Under the pieces are notes generated by a model. That model saw only the letters and a program-made list of their open reading frames with translations, was not told the origin of the DNA and searched no databases. Of a DNA stretch of 64,000 nucleotides, positions 8,441-18,832 are shown in pieces. Origin of the DNA: Candidatus Omnitrophota bacterium (lineage in GTDB: Bacteria; Omnitrophota; Gorgyraeia; Zapsychrales; Zapsychraceae); contig JADFYJ010000007.1 in assembly GCA_015233115.1 (NCBI GenBank), positions 40,885-104,884 of the forward strand, given 5' to 3'. The translations under genes were made by a program, and so were the position numbers. Numbering within the stretch: position 1 is the stretch's first letter; every line of letters starts with the position of its first letter.

Positions 8441-10411
8441 ATGAATACGATCGAAATTAAAAAAGTTAATAAAACTTATGGGACTGGCAAGATCGAAGTC
8501 CATGCTTTGCAGGATATTTCTTTGACGATCCAGCAGGGGGAATTTGTGGCGATCATGGGCGCTTCCGGATCTGGCAAGTCCACGCTGATGCATATTTTAG
8601 GCCTTTTGGACCGGCCTGATTCCGGCGAATATTTTCTCAATGGCCAGGAGGTCAGCAAGCTAACTGACCAAAATTGGGCTGTTTTACGCAACCAAAGCAT
8701 AGGTTTTGTATTTCAGCAATTTCATTTATTGGCTAGAATGAGCGCGTTCGATAACGTGGCCTTGCCATTGATTTACGGCGGAGACATGCAGTTAAAAGAT
8801 AATGCGCGGCTGCGGCTGATCGATGTTGGCTTAGAAGAGCGGATGAACCACAATCCCAATGAATTATCCGGCGGGCAGCAGCAGAGGGTGGCGATCGCCC
8901 GGGCCTTGATCCATGATCCATTGCTGATTTTAGCAGACGAACCAACTGGAAACCTGGATTCCAAAAGCAAGGAAGAAATTCTCGGTCTTTTTGAAAAATT
9001 AAATCAGCAAGGCAAAACTATTGTCATCGTGACTCATGAACCAGAAGTCGCGCGCCACGCCAAACGCGTCATTACTATGCGCGACGGAAAAGTGTTATCA
9101 GACATAACTTCAGCTCCACTAACTAAAGTTAAAATGACCAGCACAGCCCCTAATATCCCGCCTGCGCTTAAACCCGCAACAAAACAAAGCAGTATGAAAT
9201 TCCTGGATTATTCCCGGCAAGCTATCACCGCCATGATTGCTCATAAAATGCGCGCATTCTTATCCATTTTAGGAATTCTGATCGGCGTTGCCGCCGTAAT
9301 TGCCATGGTCGCGTTAGGCAGCGGAGCCCAGGAATCCATTGAGAAACAATTGGCGTCTTTAGGATCAAACCTTTTACTCGTTATGCCGGGATCATCCCAT
9401 GAGCATGGCGTATCTATGCAATCCGGCGCTAACACTAAATTTACTTTTCAAGATATTACGGCACTAAGTCAAGATTCGGAAAATATTGAACGTGTCAGTC
9501 CTGCAGTTTCCGGACGGACGCAAGTCGTATATGGTAGTAAAAACTGGAACACGTCCGTGGAAGGTTCTACCGCCAATTATGAACAGGTCAGAGCTGCCAC
9601 CCCTATGGCCGGTCGCTTTTTTACGGATGAAGAGGTCACCAGCCGCACCAAAGTTGTATTACTGGGAACAACCGTGGTTAAACAACTTTTTGATACAGAA
9701 GATCCTATCGGCAAAACCATTAAAATTAACCTCATCAATTTTCAAGTGATTGGCATTTTGCCCTCACATGGCGCAAACACGTTCCGTGACCAAGATGACA
9801 CGATGTTAGTTCCTATTACCACTGCCATGTACCGCTTGCTTGGCAAACAATATATTGATACAATCTACGTTCAAGCTCGGGGGCCACAGTTTGTTGATCC
9901 TGCGCAGGACGATATTGCCAAGATCATGAGTAAACAACACCATTTAGCTCCTAAAGATGAAGACAGCGCGTTTCAAGTTAGAAACATGAGTGATATGAAA
10001 GCCGCTTTAGAGTCCAGTACCAAGACTATGAGCATGCTCATTGGCGCGATCGCCGCGATTTCATTGCTGGTCGGTGGAATTGGAATCATGAACATTATGT
10101 TGGTTTCCGTTACAGAGCGAACCCGCGAAATTGGTTTGCGAAAAGCATTGGGTGCGAATAATAAAGATATTATGACCCAATTTCTAATTGAATCAATTTT
10201 GACCTCTTTAATCGGAGGGATATTAGGAATCATTGTGGGGACTGGAATTTCCGCGTTAATCACGATCGCGGCTGGCTGGGCGGTTAAAGTATCAATCATT
10301 TCGATGATCACCGCCACTTTGTTTTCCATGTTAGTTGGGCTTGTGTTTGGACTTTGGCCGGCACGGCAAGCATCTCGTTTAAATCCTATAGAAGCGTTGA
10401 GATATGAATAA
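8441..10411 (+). CDS. macB: MacB-type ABC transporter (fused ATPase and FtsX-like permease)
   Basis: Walker [10 protein letters not shown], the signature [15 protein letters not shown], and a C-terminal four-TM FtsX domain. The start is at MNTIEIKK; the track ORF extends upstream into the repeat. Confidence 0.85.
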   Translation: MNTIEIKKVNKTYGTGKIEVHALQDISLTIQQGEFVAIMGASGSGKSTLMHILGLLDRPDSGEYFLNGQEVSKLTDQNWAVLRNQSIGFVFQQFHLLARMSAFDNVALPLIYGGDMQLKDNARLRLIDVGLEERMNHNPNELSGGQQQRVAIARALIHDPLLILADEPTGNLDSKSKEEILGLFEKLNQQGKTIVIVTHEPEVARHAKRVITMRDGKVLSDITSAPLTKVKMTSTAPNIPPALKPATKQSSMKFLDYSRQAITAMIAHKMRAFLSILGILIGVAAVIAMVALGSGAQESIEKQLASLGSNLLLVMPGSSHEHGVSMQSGANTKFTFQDITALSQDSENIERVSPAVSGRTQVVYGSKNWNTSVEGSTANYEQVRAATPMAGRFFTDEEVTSRTKVVLLGTTVVKQLFDTEDPIGKTIKINLINFQVIGILPSHGANTFRDQDDTMLVPITTAMYRLLGKQYIDTIYVQARGPQFVDPAQDDIAKIMSKQHHLAPKDEDSAFQVRNMSDMKAALESSTKTMSMLIGAIAAISLLVGGIGIMNIMLVSVTERTREIGLRKALGANNKDIMTQFLIESILTSLIGGILGIIVGTGISALITIAAGWAVKVSIISMITATLFSMLVGLVFGLWPARQASRLNPIEALRYE

Positions 10412-11762
10412 AACTAAATTAACATTTATCTTTTTAATATTATTTTTTCTTTGTCAAAATAATATATCGAGAGCAGATCAACCTGCTCCGCAACAAATAG
10501 CAATTGTTCAGCAGTCCCTAAGTCTTAATGAAGCGATTCACTTTGCGTTGAAAAACAACCTCATCATGCGGTTAGCCAGGGAACGGATCAACGAAGCCAA
10601 AGGAAAAAGCACGTCCGGCAATTCTGATTTGTTGCCGCACATAGGCATAGAAGGGTATCAAATGAAAGTTCAGCGGTTTAATTTGCAAACCATGGGACTA
10701 CCCGGCCTTCTAGGGCCGTTCGACGCGTTTGATGCTCGTCTACAACTGGAACAACGGATCTTTGATTTGAGCGCCTTTTCTAAATCCAAAGCAGAAAACC
10801 TGGCGGTCGAAATCGCGCGTTATGGCGAAGATCTTGCTCACCGGCAGGTTATGACCCAAGCCATTATGGCGTATCTGAATGTTTTAAAGAATGCCGAATC
10901 GCTCAAAACCATTGATGAAAATATCAGCGTAGCCGAAAAATTTGTAAAACTTTCTGAACATCAACGGGCTGTCGGCATGGCCACTCAGGTTGATGAAGTC
11001 CGGGCAGAGACCCGTTTGGCGCAGGAAAAAGCGGCACGCGAAAAAATTTTATTTAATTTACAATCCGCGGATTTTAACCTGAAACGCGTGACTGGCATTG
11101 CCTTAGACTGCCCGTTACGCTTAACCGATACATTGCTATTTTTTGTCGAGCCTGCGTATCCGGTTCAAAAAACTCTTGATGAGGCATTCAATAACCGGGT
11201 AGAAATCACGATCGCGGAACAAAGAGTTGAGTATAAAAAATTAAAACTGCAGGAAGCTAAAAGCCTTCATCTGCCTAAGATATCATTAGTCGGTGATTAT
11301 GGAACATCAGGAGTTCGCATCAACCGGGACAAGCATGAAGTGGGAGAATTTGGCATCAAAGCCAGTTTCCCTATATTTGAAGGCGGAGCCATCGAAGGGC
11401 AGATCATGCAAGAAACCAGTATCAAGAAGCAGGAAGAAATGACCCGCGATGATGTGTCAATACAAATTGAAGAAGATGTCCGGTTATCTCTACAAATTCT
11501 TCAAACCAGCCTTCAAGCCGTATACGCGAATGACATTGCTCAAAAACTTTCTAGCCGTGAACTGGAATATACAAAAAATCAATATATCAATGGGCTGGAG
11601 GATAATTTAAAAGTCGATGCCGCGCAATCAGACCTTGCCCAAACCAAAGAAAACTATATAACCGCATTAGCTCAATATCATACCGGCCGGGTCAATTATT
11701 ATTCCGCGATTGGAAAATTAGAACAGTTCAGTCTTAATCAACCTGAGGTGAATCATGAGTAA
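10404..11762 (+). CDS. TolC-family outer membrane efflux protein
   Basis: Signal peptide and OEP repeats; overlaps the macB stop. Confidence 0.75.
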   Translation: MNKTKLTFIFLILFFLCQNNISRADQPAPQQIAIVQQSLSLNEAIHFALKNNLIMRLARERINEAKGKSTSGNSDLLPHIGIEGYQMKVQRFNLQTMGLPGLLGPFDAFDARLQLEQRIFDLSAFSKSKAENLAVEIARYGEDLAHRQVMTQAIMAYLNVLKNAESLKTIDENISVAEKFVKLSEHQRAVGMATQVDEVRAETRLAQEKAAREKILFNLQSADFNLKRVTGIALDCPLRLTDTLLFFVEPAYPVQKTLDEAFNNRVEITIAEQRVEYKKLKLQEAKSLHLPKISLVGDYGTSGVRINRDKHEVGEFGIKASFPIFEGGAIEGQIMQETSIKKQEEMTRDDVSIQIEEDVRLSLQILQTSLQAVYANDIAQKLSSRELEYTKNQYINGLEDNLKVDAAQSDLAQTKENYITALAQYHTGRVNYYSAIGKLEQFSLNQPEVNHE

Positions 11763-12624
11763 AGAAAAAATTAAAGGATTATTACAAAATAAAAAAATCT
11801 TACGCATTTTAATCGTCATCGGTGTTATCGCGGTCATCGGGATCGTCTTAGCCATCAAAAGCCTGGGAGAAGTAACAACGGATGACGCGTTTATTGAAGG
11901 GCATATTATTCCCATCAGCCCTAAAGTAGCGGGATATGTCATAAACATTAATGTCAAAGATAATCAATTGATCAAAGCCGGATATCCATTAATCCTGATT
12001 GATGATAAAGATTACGCGATCAAAGTGGCTTCTGCCGCGGCTGACCTAAAAGCCGCTGAAGCTGAACTTCAACAAGCTAAAGAAGACGCAGACCGTTTTA
12101 AAAAACTGTTTGAAACCGGCGATGTTTCCCAACAGCAATTAGATAAAGCCGCTTTACGAGTCAATATTGCTGACGCCCAAACCTCTGCTAAAGAAGCCGC
12201 CTTGAACCAGGCACAGCTTAATTTATCGTATACAAAAATTACTGCTCCGGCTGACGGGCAAGTAACGCGAAAATCAACCGAAGAAGGGGCATACTTACAG
12301 CCCGGCCAAGTGATTATGGCCATTGTGCCTCCTGAACGCTGGGTGGTGGCTAATTTAAAAGAAACCCAATTAACCCATATTAAACCCGGCCAAAAAGTTT
12401 CCATTAAAATTGACGCTTATCCTCATAAAATATGGCACGGGCATGTGGATAGTGTTCAGCGCGGCACAGGCAGTAAATTCAGCCTTTTGCCGTCAGAGAA
12501 CGCCACAGGCAATTTCATAAAAGTTGTCCAACGTGTCCCGGTCAAAATTTTGATTGATGATGCCATTGATTCAACGACAATATCTTTAGGCATGTCCGTT
12601 GTCCCGACAATAAAAATCGAATAA
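11755..12624 (+). CDS. HlyD-family membrane fusion protein (EmrA-like)
   Basis: Single TM, coiled-coil segment and HlyD beta-barrel region. Confidence 0.75.
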   Translation: MSKEKIKGLLQNKKILRILIVIGVIAVIGIVLAIKSLGEVTTDDAFIEGHIIPISPKVAGYVININVKDNQLIKAGYPLILIDDKDYAIKVASAAADLKAAEAELQQAKEDADRFKKLFETGDVSQQQLDKAALRVNIADAQTSAKEAALNQAQLNLSYTKITAPADGQVTRKSTEEGAYLQPGQVIMAIVPPERWVVANLKETQLTHIKPGQKVSIKIDAYPHKIWHGHVDSVQRGTGSKFSLLPSENATGNFIKVVQRVPVKILIDDAIDSTTISLGMSVVPTIKIE

Positions 12625-12628
12625 ATTC

Positions 12629-14218
12629 ATGGCTATAACACCTGAAGACACAACAGCCGCCCCTTTACCTGACCCTAACCGCTGGATGATCGCGATGGCG
12701 GTTATGTTCGGCGCTGTTATGGCTGTTATGGACATCAGTGTCGTTAATGTGGCTCTGCCGCATATGATGGGGAATTTCGGACAAAATATTTCTTCCATCA
12801 CCTGGGTCGCGACCGCGTATAGTATCGCGGCCGTTATTATGGTCACCATGTCCAATTGGTGGTCCACGTTACTCGGCCGAAAATATTTTTATCTGCTGTC
12901 CTTTGTCATTTTTACAGTCGGTTCAATTCTGTGCGGCTTTGCCCACACTTTTCCGGAAATGATCATTTACCGCATTATTCAAGGGATAGGGGGAGGCAGC
13001 CTCATCCCGATCGCGCAAGCTATTATCCGCGAAACTTTTCCCAGAAAAGAACAAGGCATGGCTATGGCTGTTTTTTCCATGGGTGTAGTCGTTGCTCCGG
13101 CTATCGGGCCGGTGCTCGGCGGCTGGCTGACTGACCAGCTAGGCTGGCCCTGGATTTTTTTCATTAATATCCCTATCAGCATTATCGGCATGTTTTTAGT
13201 TTGGCTTTATGTGCATGACCCTGTATATCTCCGCCGAGGAATACAGAAAGTTGATGTGCCAGGAATTGTGTTATTAACATTAGGATTGACAGGCTTACAG
13301 ACCATATTAGAACGCGGACAACAGGAAAACTGGTTTGACTCCAATTTTATTGTATGGGGAACCATTTTTACCATAACGACGTTAACACTGCTTGTTCTCT
13401 GGGAACTACGCGTCAAAGAACCCATTGTCAATTTTAGAGTATTTAAAAACGAACAATTCAGTTTAGGCTGTATGGTCATATTTTTATTCGGTATCGCTTT
13501 GTTCGGAACCACATTTATTTTGCCGCAATTTACTCAACGGCTTTTAAATTATCCCGCGTTCCAGGCCGGCCTGACACTCATGCCCCGCGCGATCGCCCTG
13601 ATCATTGTGCTTCCGCTGGTAGGAAAACTATATAATCACAGCGATCCGCGCGCTTTAATGCTATTCGGCATTGTTGTTGTCTGCATTTCCTATTTTCAGT
13701 TAGCGCATTTGGCTACGATAGCTGGTTCAAGCAACATTATCAGTATTTTACTTTTAATGGGTGCAGGCATGCCTTTTTTATTTATTCCTCTGTCTACACT
13801 GACTTTAAATTCTGTGCCCAAGGAAAGCTCAACTGCCGCGACCGGATTATTTAATCTCACTCAGCAAATAGGAGGGAATGTCGGTTACGCGCTCATGGCG
13901 ACACTGCTCGACCGTTTTTCTACAATACACCATGCCTATTTATCCGAAAATATTAGTCCATATAATCCCAATTACACTCTGTTCGCCCAACAAGCATCAG
14001 CCACACTAGCCTCCAAAGGCATGGCCGCAGGAGGGCAAGGACAATCCAGTATTCTCGCGATCGTCAATCGCCTAGTCACCCAACAAGCAGAGATGATGGC
14101 CTACAACGACCTTTCCATCGTCCTCATGTTTCTTTTCCTATGCTGCATCCCGCTCATCATAATCATGCGCGCCCCTAAAGGAGGCATGCATTCCAATCCG
14201 CATGTCGGAGAAATGTAA
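12629..14218 (+). CDS. MFS transporter, DHA2 (EmrB/QacA) family, 14 TMS
   Basis: DISVVNVALPHM motif, a GxLaDrxGrkxxl-like motif and about 14 hydrophobic segments. Confidence 0.8.
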   Translation: MAITPEDTTAAPLPDPNRWMIAMAVMFGAVMAVMDISVVNVALPHMMGNFGQNISSITWVATAYSIAAVIMVTMSNWWSTLLGRKYFYLLSFVIFTVGSILCGFAHTFPEMIIYRIIQGIGGGSLIPIAQAIIRETFPRKEQGMAMAVFSMGVVVAPAIGPVLGGWLTDQLGWPWIFFINIPISIIGMFLVWLYVHDPVYLRRGIQKVDVPGIVLLTLGLTGLQTILERGQQENWFDSNFIVWGTIFTITTLTLLVLWELRVKEPIVNFRVFKNEQFSLGCMVIFLFGIALFGTTFILPQFTQRLLNYPAFQAGLTLMPRAIALIIVLPLVGKLYNHSDPRALMLFGIVVVCISYFQLAHLATIAGSSNIISILLLMGAGMPFLFIPLSTLTLNSVPKESSTAATGLFNLTQQIGGNVGYALMATLLDRFSTIHHAYLSENISPYNPNYTLFAQQASATLASKGMAAGGQGQSSILAIVNRLVTQQAEMMAYNDLSIVLMFLFLCCIPLIIIMRAPKGGMHSNPHVGEM

Positions 14219-14233
14219 TAAAAGCAGTATGTA

Positions 14234-14270
14234 AATCCTTTCTAAATCCTTTCTAAATCCTTTCTAAATC
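14234..14270 (+). repeat. Tandem 11-bp repeat (aaatcctttct), about 3.4 copies
   Basis: Read directly from the sequence, downstream of the MFS stop. Confidence 0.8.
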
Positions 14271-14303
14271 AATTGCTGAAAATTTGTATTCATATTAGAA
14301 TAT

Positions 14304-14963
14304 GTGCCTATGAAAGAGCGACACATTCTTATTTCTGATTTTGACGGCACTATGACCAAATATGATTTTTATGATTTGGTCTGCGCGGAATTTCCAGAGA
14401 TTGCCGGAACTTATTGGCATCAATATGAAGAAGGGAAGATTACGCATTTTGAAGCCTTACGATCGATATTTGCCGGTATACGCGCGGACGAATCACGCCT
14501 TTTAAAAATAATAGAAAAAATGCAGATTGAACCAAAATTATTGGCATGCGTGGCTGATCTCCATAAATCCGGTTGGGAAATTACCGTTGCCTCAGCCGGC
14601 TGTGACTGGTATATTAAACGCCTTTTAAAAACTGCTCAGGTATCTATAAACGTCTATGCCAATCCGGGTGAATTTTATCCGGATAAAGGACTGCTGATGA
14701 GATTGCCTGAAAGATCACCATTTTTTTCACCTGATCTAGGCGTCAACAAAGTCGCGGTCGTGCGTGATGCTTTAAACCGATCAAATGTCGTGGCATTCGC
14801 TGGCGATGGTAGGCCAGATCTGGCTCCGGCACTACTGGTACCAGCTAAACGACGTTTCGCGAAAAGCTGGTTAGCGCAAAAACTCAAAGAAATAGGGGAA
14901 GACTTTCAGCCATTTATCCAATGGTCGGAGGTGGCCCAACAACTGCAAAAAAATAAATTATAA
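14304..14963 (+). CDS. HAD-IB family hydrolase (MtnX-like phosphatase)
   Basis: ISDFDGTMT motif I (DxDGT) with later HAD motifs (SAGCD..., AGDGRPD). Confidence 0.6.
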   Translation: MPMKERHILISDFDGTMTKYDFYDLVCAEFPEIAGTYWHQYEEGKITHFEALRSIFAGIRADESRLLKIIEKMQIEPKLLACVADLHKSGWEITVASAGCDWYIKRLLKTAQVSINVYANPGEFYPDKGLLMRLPERSPFFSPDLGVNKVAVVRDALNRSNVVAFAGDGRPDLAPALLVPAKRRFAKSWLAQKLKEIGEDFQPFIQWSEVAQQLQKNKL

Positions 14964-14976
14964 AAGCGATTGATGC

Positions 14977-15108
14977 GGGCGATCAGGAGATCGCCCCTAC
15001 GAAGGACATAATGTCCGCGTAGTACTGGAGGCACCTGCGAGCAGCACAAAAATGTACATGATTTAAAAAAATAATCGTAATTTCGTAGGGGAGATCTCCT
15101 GATCTCCC
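14977..15108 (+). promoter_or_regulatory. GATC-rich double palindrome: hairpin gggcgatc-agga-gatcgccc + ctacgaa ... ttcgtag + hairpin gggagatc-tcct-gatctccc
   Basis: Two self-complementary 20-bp hairpins that are also near reverse complements of each other, with 7-bp complementary flanks. Four GATC sites fall within them. The spacer holds further small palindromes (ggacataatgtcc, atgtacat). The element lies between the HAD gene and the G1P dehydrogenase gene. Confidence 0.65.
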
Positions 15109-15150
15109 GTAACAAAATTATCGTTTTAAAAAACGAAAGAAAGATACCGC

Positions 15151-16197
15151 GTGAAAACTACTTCCATTTCTATACCAACTTTAGTCCGCATTAAACGCGG
15201 TGCGCTTGACCGGCTGGGAGTTTATGCCCGACGAAACCAGCTATACAAAGTCGTATTATTTTATAACAAAGAATTAGACCCTGCTTTGGTCGAACGCGTT
15301 GATGAAGCCATGCACGAAGAAGGCATAGAAATACTTCAACATTTCGAAGTCGTTTCCTCATCGTTTGACCAGGCCCAGGAACTTTTCCAGGCCATGCCGT
15401 CATCCGCTAATGCCATTTTCGCTTTCGGCGGGGGGAAAGCTCTGGACATCGCGAAATACGTTGCTTTTCTCGGACAAATACCTTATGTTGCTTCGCCTAC
15501 GGCATTATCAAACGACGCATTTTGCAGTCCTCAATCCAGCCTGGAATTTAAAGGCAAAAAACGTTCATTTCCCGCAGCCATTCCGTATGGCGTAGTCATT
15601 GACACGGAAGTCTGCTTAAACGCGCCCATGATCCTGTGGCTGTCCGGAATAGGAGACTTGGTTTCAAAGATCACCGCGGTTTACGACTGGAAATTGGCCC
15701 ATAAAATTAAAGGCACACAAGTCGACGATTTTGCCGCGTTGCTTTCCGATGCTACCGTATTTCAACTTATGGCCAAACCTGAGCATGATCTGGACGGGAT
15801 AAAATTATTAGGCACAGCACTCATGTTAAACGGCATTGCCATGGCCATATGCGGATCATCGCGGCCCGCGAGCGGAAGCGAACATTTAATCTCGCATGCC
15901 TTAGATCAAATCTGTAAAAAACCGCGATTACACGGTTTACAAGTTGGCACAGCGACCTATTTAATTAGTCAATTGCAAGGGCAAGGAACCACAAAAATCG
16001 CTAAACTTCTTGATGACACCGGATTTTGGGATATGATTAAAACTGATCCATTTATAAAAGAAGAATGGGTGGCTGCTTTCAAAATGGCGCCAACAATTAA
16101 AAATGATTTTTATACAATCTTATCTGAAAAAGACCAGGTGCCTGATTTGATCAAAATCATGGAAACAGACCCTCGGTTGAAAAACATTTTTACTTAA
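15151..16197 (+). CDS. egsA: sn-glycerol-1-phosphate dehydrogenase (EgsA/AraM family, iron-containing alcohol dehydrogenase fold)
   Basis: GGGKALDIAKYVA and PTALSNDAFCSP motifs match the G1PDH family; GTG start. Confidence 0.65.
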   Translation: MKTTSISIPTLVRIKRGALDRLGVYARRNQLYKVVLFYNKELDPALVERVDEAMHEEGIEILQHFEVVSSSFDQAQELFQAMPSSANAIFAFGGGKALDIAKYVAFLGQIPYVASPTALSNDAFCSPQSSLEFKGKKRSFPAAIPYGVVIDTEVCLNAPMILWLSGIGDLVSKITAVYDWKLAHKIKGTQVDDFAALLSDATVFQLMAKPEHDLDGIKLLGTALMLNGIAMAICGSSRPASGSEHLISHALDQICKKPRLHGLQVGTATYLISQLQGQGTTKIAKLLDDTGFWDMIKTDPFIKEEWVAAFKMAPTIKNDFYTILSEKDQVPDLIKIMETDPRLKNIFT

Positions 16198-16199
16198 CT

Positions 16200-16802
16200 A
16201 TGACCATACTCGAAAATATTTTTCCACCTCCGACTATAAATGGATTTTTTGGCGATAGCGCGTCATTTTATTTTATCCTAAATTTATCAATTCTTATCTG
16301 GCTTGTAATCGTTTTAAGGAGCCGCGCCTTTTTAATAAAATCAAATCAATTCCAAACTGATAAATTTCAAACAAGCGTATTTCATTCCTTAATAATAGTC
16401 ATGCTGCTTATCAATTTGGCCCAACTCATTCAACACCAAAACTATTTTCGCGCATTTTATAATGCGCTAGCAAGAAAAGAAACTCCGGAAAAACTTAAAT
16501 ACATGATCGGCTTTCCCTATAAATTTGCCGTAAACTGCCGGAGTAAATATATAAATGGTCACACTAATGGCCGTTTACTGACAGACTGGGATATACAAAG
16601 TAATCCTGGCATGACCTACCAGAGGGAAATCGCCTATTACATTTATCCCATTAAAATTCGAGGAAATAATACAAATATTAAACCTGATTATTTAGTTTTT
16701 TTTGATAAAACTAATGCGGAATCCTTAGTTCCGGCTAACTATGTCATTAAAGTTAAAATGGATGAGCAAAATTTATTAGCAGTGAGGAAGGATTTGTTCT
16801 AA
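16200..16802 (+). CDS. Hypothetical membrane protein (2 N-terminal TMs)
   Basis: ORF with hydrophobic N-terminal segments; no recognised domain. Confidence 0.45.
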   Translation: MTILENIFPPPTINGFFGDSASFYFILNLSILIWLVIVLRSRAFLIKSNQFQTDKFQTSVFHSLIIVMLLINLAQLIQHQNYFRAFYNALARKETPEKLKYMIGFPYKFAVNCRSKYINGHTNGRLLTDWDIQSNPGMTYQREIAYYIYPIKIRGNNTNIKPDYLVFFDKTNAESLVPANYVIKVKMDEQNLLAVRKDLF

Positions 16803-18196
16803 TGATCTGGTTGCGCGTGCTATTCAGTTTTTTAATTCCGGTTTTTCTTGGCATTCAATGCTTGAAATTGATCCTTCAAAATCAAAAATTAGACAAGCTA
16901 TTAACATTGGCATTAGCCTACGGCTTAGGCTGGGGCATATTGACGCATACAATGCTTATCATTGGAATACTTCGAATCCCTTACACATTTTTTAACCTTA
17001 TTGTTGCTTTGGCAGCAGTAAGTTTGATATTATTTTTATCCCTCCGGCTAATTCCCGCCAGACGTGAAGAGATAACCACCTCCCCCACAAATATTGACCC
17101 CGATATTTCTCGCGTTAACATATTTTTTAAATTTGCTATTTATTTTTTTCTGGCCTATTACTCCATTTTTTTAATCTGGTGGAGTTTGAATATTCCCGTC
17201 TACGAATGGGATTCTCTGGCCACCGCTGCGTATAACGCAAAAATATTATTCTTTGAAAAAAATTTATCCGCCCAACAATATTTTGCGCATCAAGCCTATC
17301 CATTATTTGTTCCGTTTGTCTTTACTTGGTTTTCAATTTGCTTAGGCGTATGGGAAGACCAAATCGTAAGATTATTTTTTCCAATTTTATTTTTCATGTT
17401 TGCGATTATATTTTATAACACACTTAAACAGCTCACCTCCCGCGCTAAAGCTCTTATAGGATTATTTATATTAACCTCGTCAAATTTTCTCATGTGGCAA
17501 GCCGGTTCAACCTATCGTGATCTTCCCATGATGTACTTTTTTTGCACAACAGTTTTTTTATTAGTCTTATGGCAAAAGAGCCAAAAAGAAACGTATTTTC
17601 AAATTGCGTCTATTTTTAGCGCCTTCGGAACGTTTGTCAAACTAGAGGGAACCGCCTATTTTGGCCTCACCATCCTGCTGGCCGCCTATATTCTTATACA
17701 AGACAAAACGCTTAGTCTAAAAATAAAAATCAAAAACATATTAAAGTATGCCTATCCCGGAATTCTATTATGCGGAATATATTCCCTATACAAAATTTTC
17801 GCGGGTTATCTCGCCACCGAATATTTACAATACAATTTCGCGCATATTGAATACTATTTTACAAATTCAATTCGCGCCTTTTTCAGCGCCATGTTTTTTA
17901 CTGCTAACTGGAATATCGTTTGGCAAATTTTATTTGTGGGGATTTTCATTAATTTTCATAAAATTAAAACTAACTTTTCGTTAAAAACTCTATTTTTAAC
18001 TTTAATGCTTTTTATAGGATTGTATTTAACTCTGGCGACCATCAGTGGCGCCCAAGTTCCTTATACATCTCCGTTCGGTTTATCACGTTTTCTGATCCAT
18101 TGTTTTCCCATTTCCGTCATCCTTATTGTCCTGCTTTTCGATAACGATATTTCATTGAACCAAGAAACAAAAACTACAAAGGAGAGAGCATCATGA
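16802..18196 (+). CDS. Polytopic membrane protein, possible GT-C (ArnT/PMT-like) glycosyltransferase
   Basis: More than 10 predicted TMs, and an acidic YEWDS motif in the first extracytoplasmic loop as in GT-C enzymes. Confidence 0.4.
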   Translation: MIWLRVLFSFLIPVFLGIQCLKLILQNQKLDKLLTLALAYGLGWGILTHTMLIIGILRIPYTFFNLIVALAAVSLILFLSLRLIPARREEITTSPTNIDPDISRVNIFFKFAIYFFLAYYSIFLIWWSLNIPVYEWDSLATAAYNAKILFFEKNLSAQQYFAHQAYPLFVPFVFTWFSICLGVWEDQIVRLFFPILFFMFAIIFYNTLKQLTSRAKALIGLFILTSSNFLMWQAGSTYRDLPMMYFFCTTVFLLVLWQKSQKETYFQIASIFSAFGTFVKLEGTAYFGLTILLAAYILIQDKTLSLKIKIKNILKYAYPGILLCGIYSLYKIFAGYLATEYLQYNFAHIEYYFTNSIRAFFSAMFFTANWNIVWQILFVGIFINFHKIKTNFSLKTLFLTLMLFIGLYLTLATISGAQVPYTSPFGLSRFLIHCFPISVILIVLLFDNDISLNQETKTTKERAS

Positions 18197-18825
18197 TTGA
18201 TTTTGTCATCCATATTCAACGGCATTTACATGAAATTATCCAACATTTTGGAGTATGGTCGTACTTAATTTTATTTTTAATTGTTTTTTGCGAAACCGGT
18301 TTAGTCGTAACGCCATTTTTGCCGGGTGATTCACTATTATTTACAGCCGGCACTTTTGCCGCGATCGGTTCATTTAAAGTACTCTGGCTATGGGCTATTT
18401 TAGTACTGGCCGCCATACTCGGGGACAACACTAATTATTTTATTGGTAAAATATTTGGCGAACGATGGATCAAAAACGAGAAATCAAAATTGTTTAAAAA
18501 AGAAAATATTGAAAAAACCCACGGGTTCTTTGAAAAATATGGAGGGAAAACGCTTATTCTAGCGCAGTTTGTCCCAATAATCAGAACCTTTGCCCCGTTT
18601 GTCGCCGGCGTAGGCTTAATGAGCTATAAAAAATTCTTATTTTTTAACGTCAGTGGTGTGCTGTTATGGGTCAGTTTGTTTGTCTTTGGCGGATATTATT
18701 TCGGAAACATCCCCATCGTCAAAGAACATTTTTCTGTCGTAATCTTAATGATCATCGTCATATCCATGCTCCCCGCGGTGTGGGAAATTTACAAAGCCAG
18801 GAGTCACAAATCAGGCCAAAAGTAA
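18193..18825 (+). CDS. DedA/TVP38 family membrane protein
   Basis: VTPFLPGDSLLFTAG and GKTLILAQFVPIIRTFAPFVAG motifs. Confidence 0.8.
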   Translation: MIDFVIHIQRHLHEIIQHFGVWSYLILFLIVFCETGLVVTPFLPGDSLLFTAGTFAAIGSFKVLWLWAILVLAAILGDNTNYFIGKIFGERWIKNEKSKLFKKENIEKTHGFFEKYGGKTLILAQFVPIIRTFAPFVAGVGLMSYKKFLFFNVSGVLLWVSLFVFGGYYFGNIPIVKEHFSVVILMIIVISMLPAVWEIYKARSHKSGQK

Positions 18826-18832
18826 AATACCC

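Noticed and set aside
12856-13134. A +-strand 92-aa ORF and minus-strand ORFs inside the MFS transporter gene
   Set aside because: These are alternative-frame or antisense ORFs within a 14-TMS transporter gene, with Arg/Pro-rich low-complexity translations.
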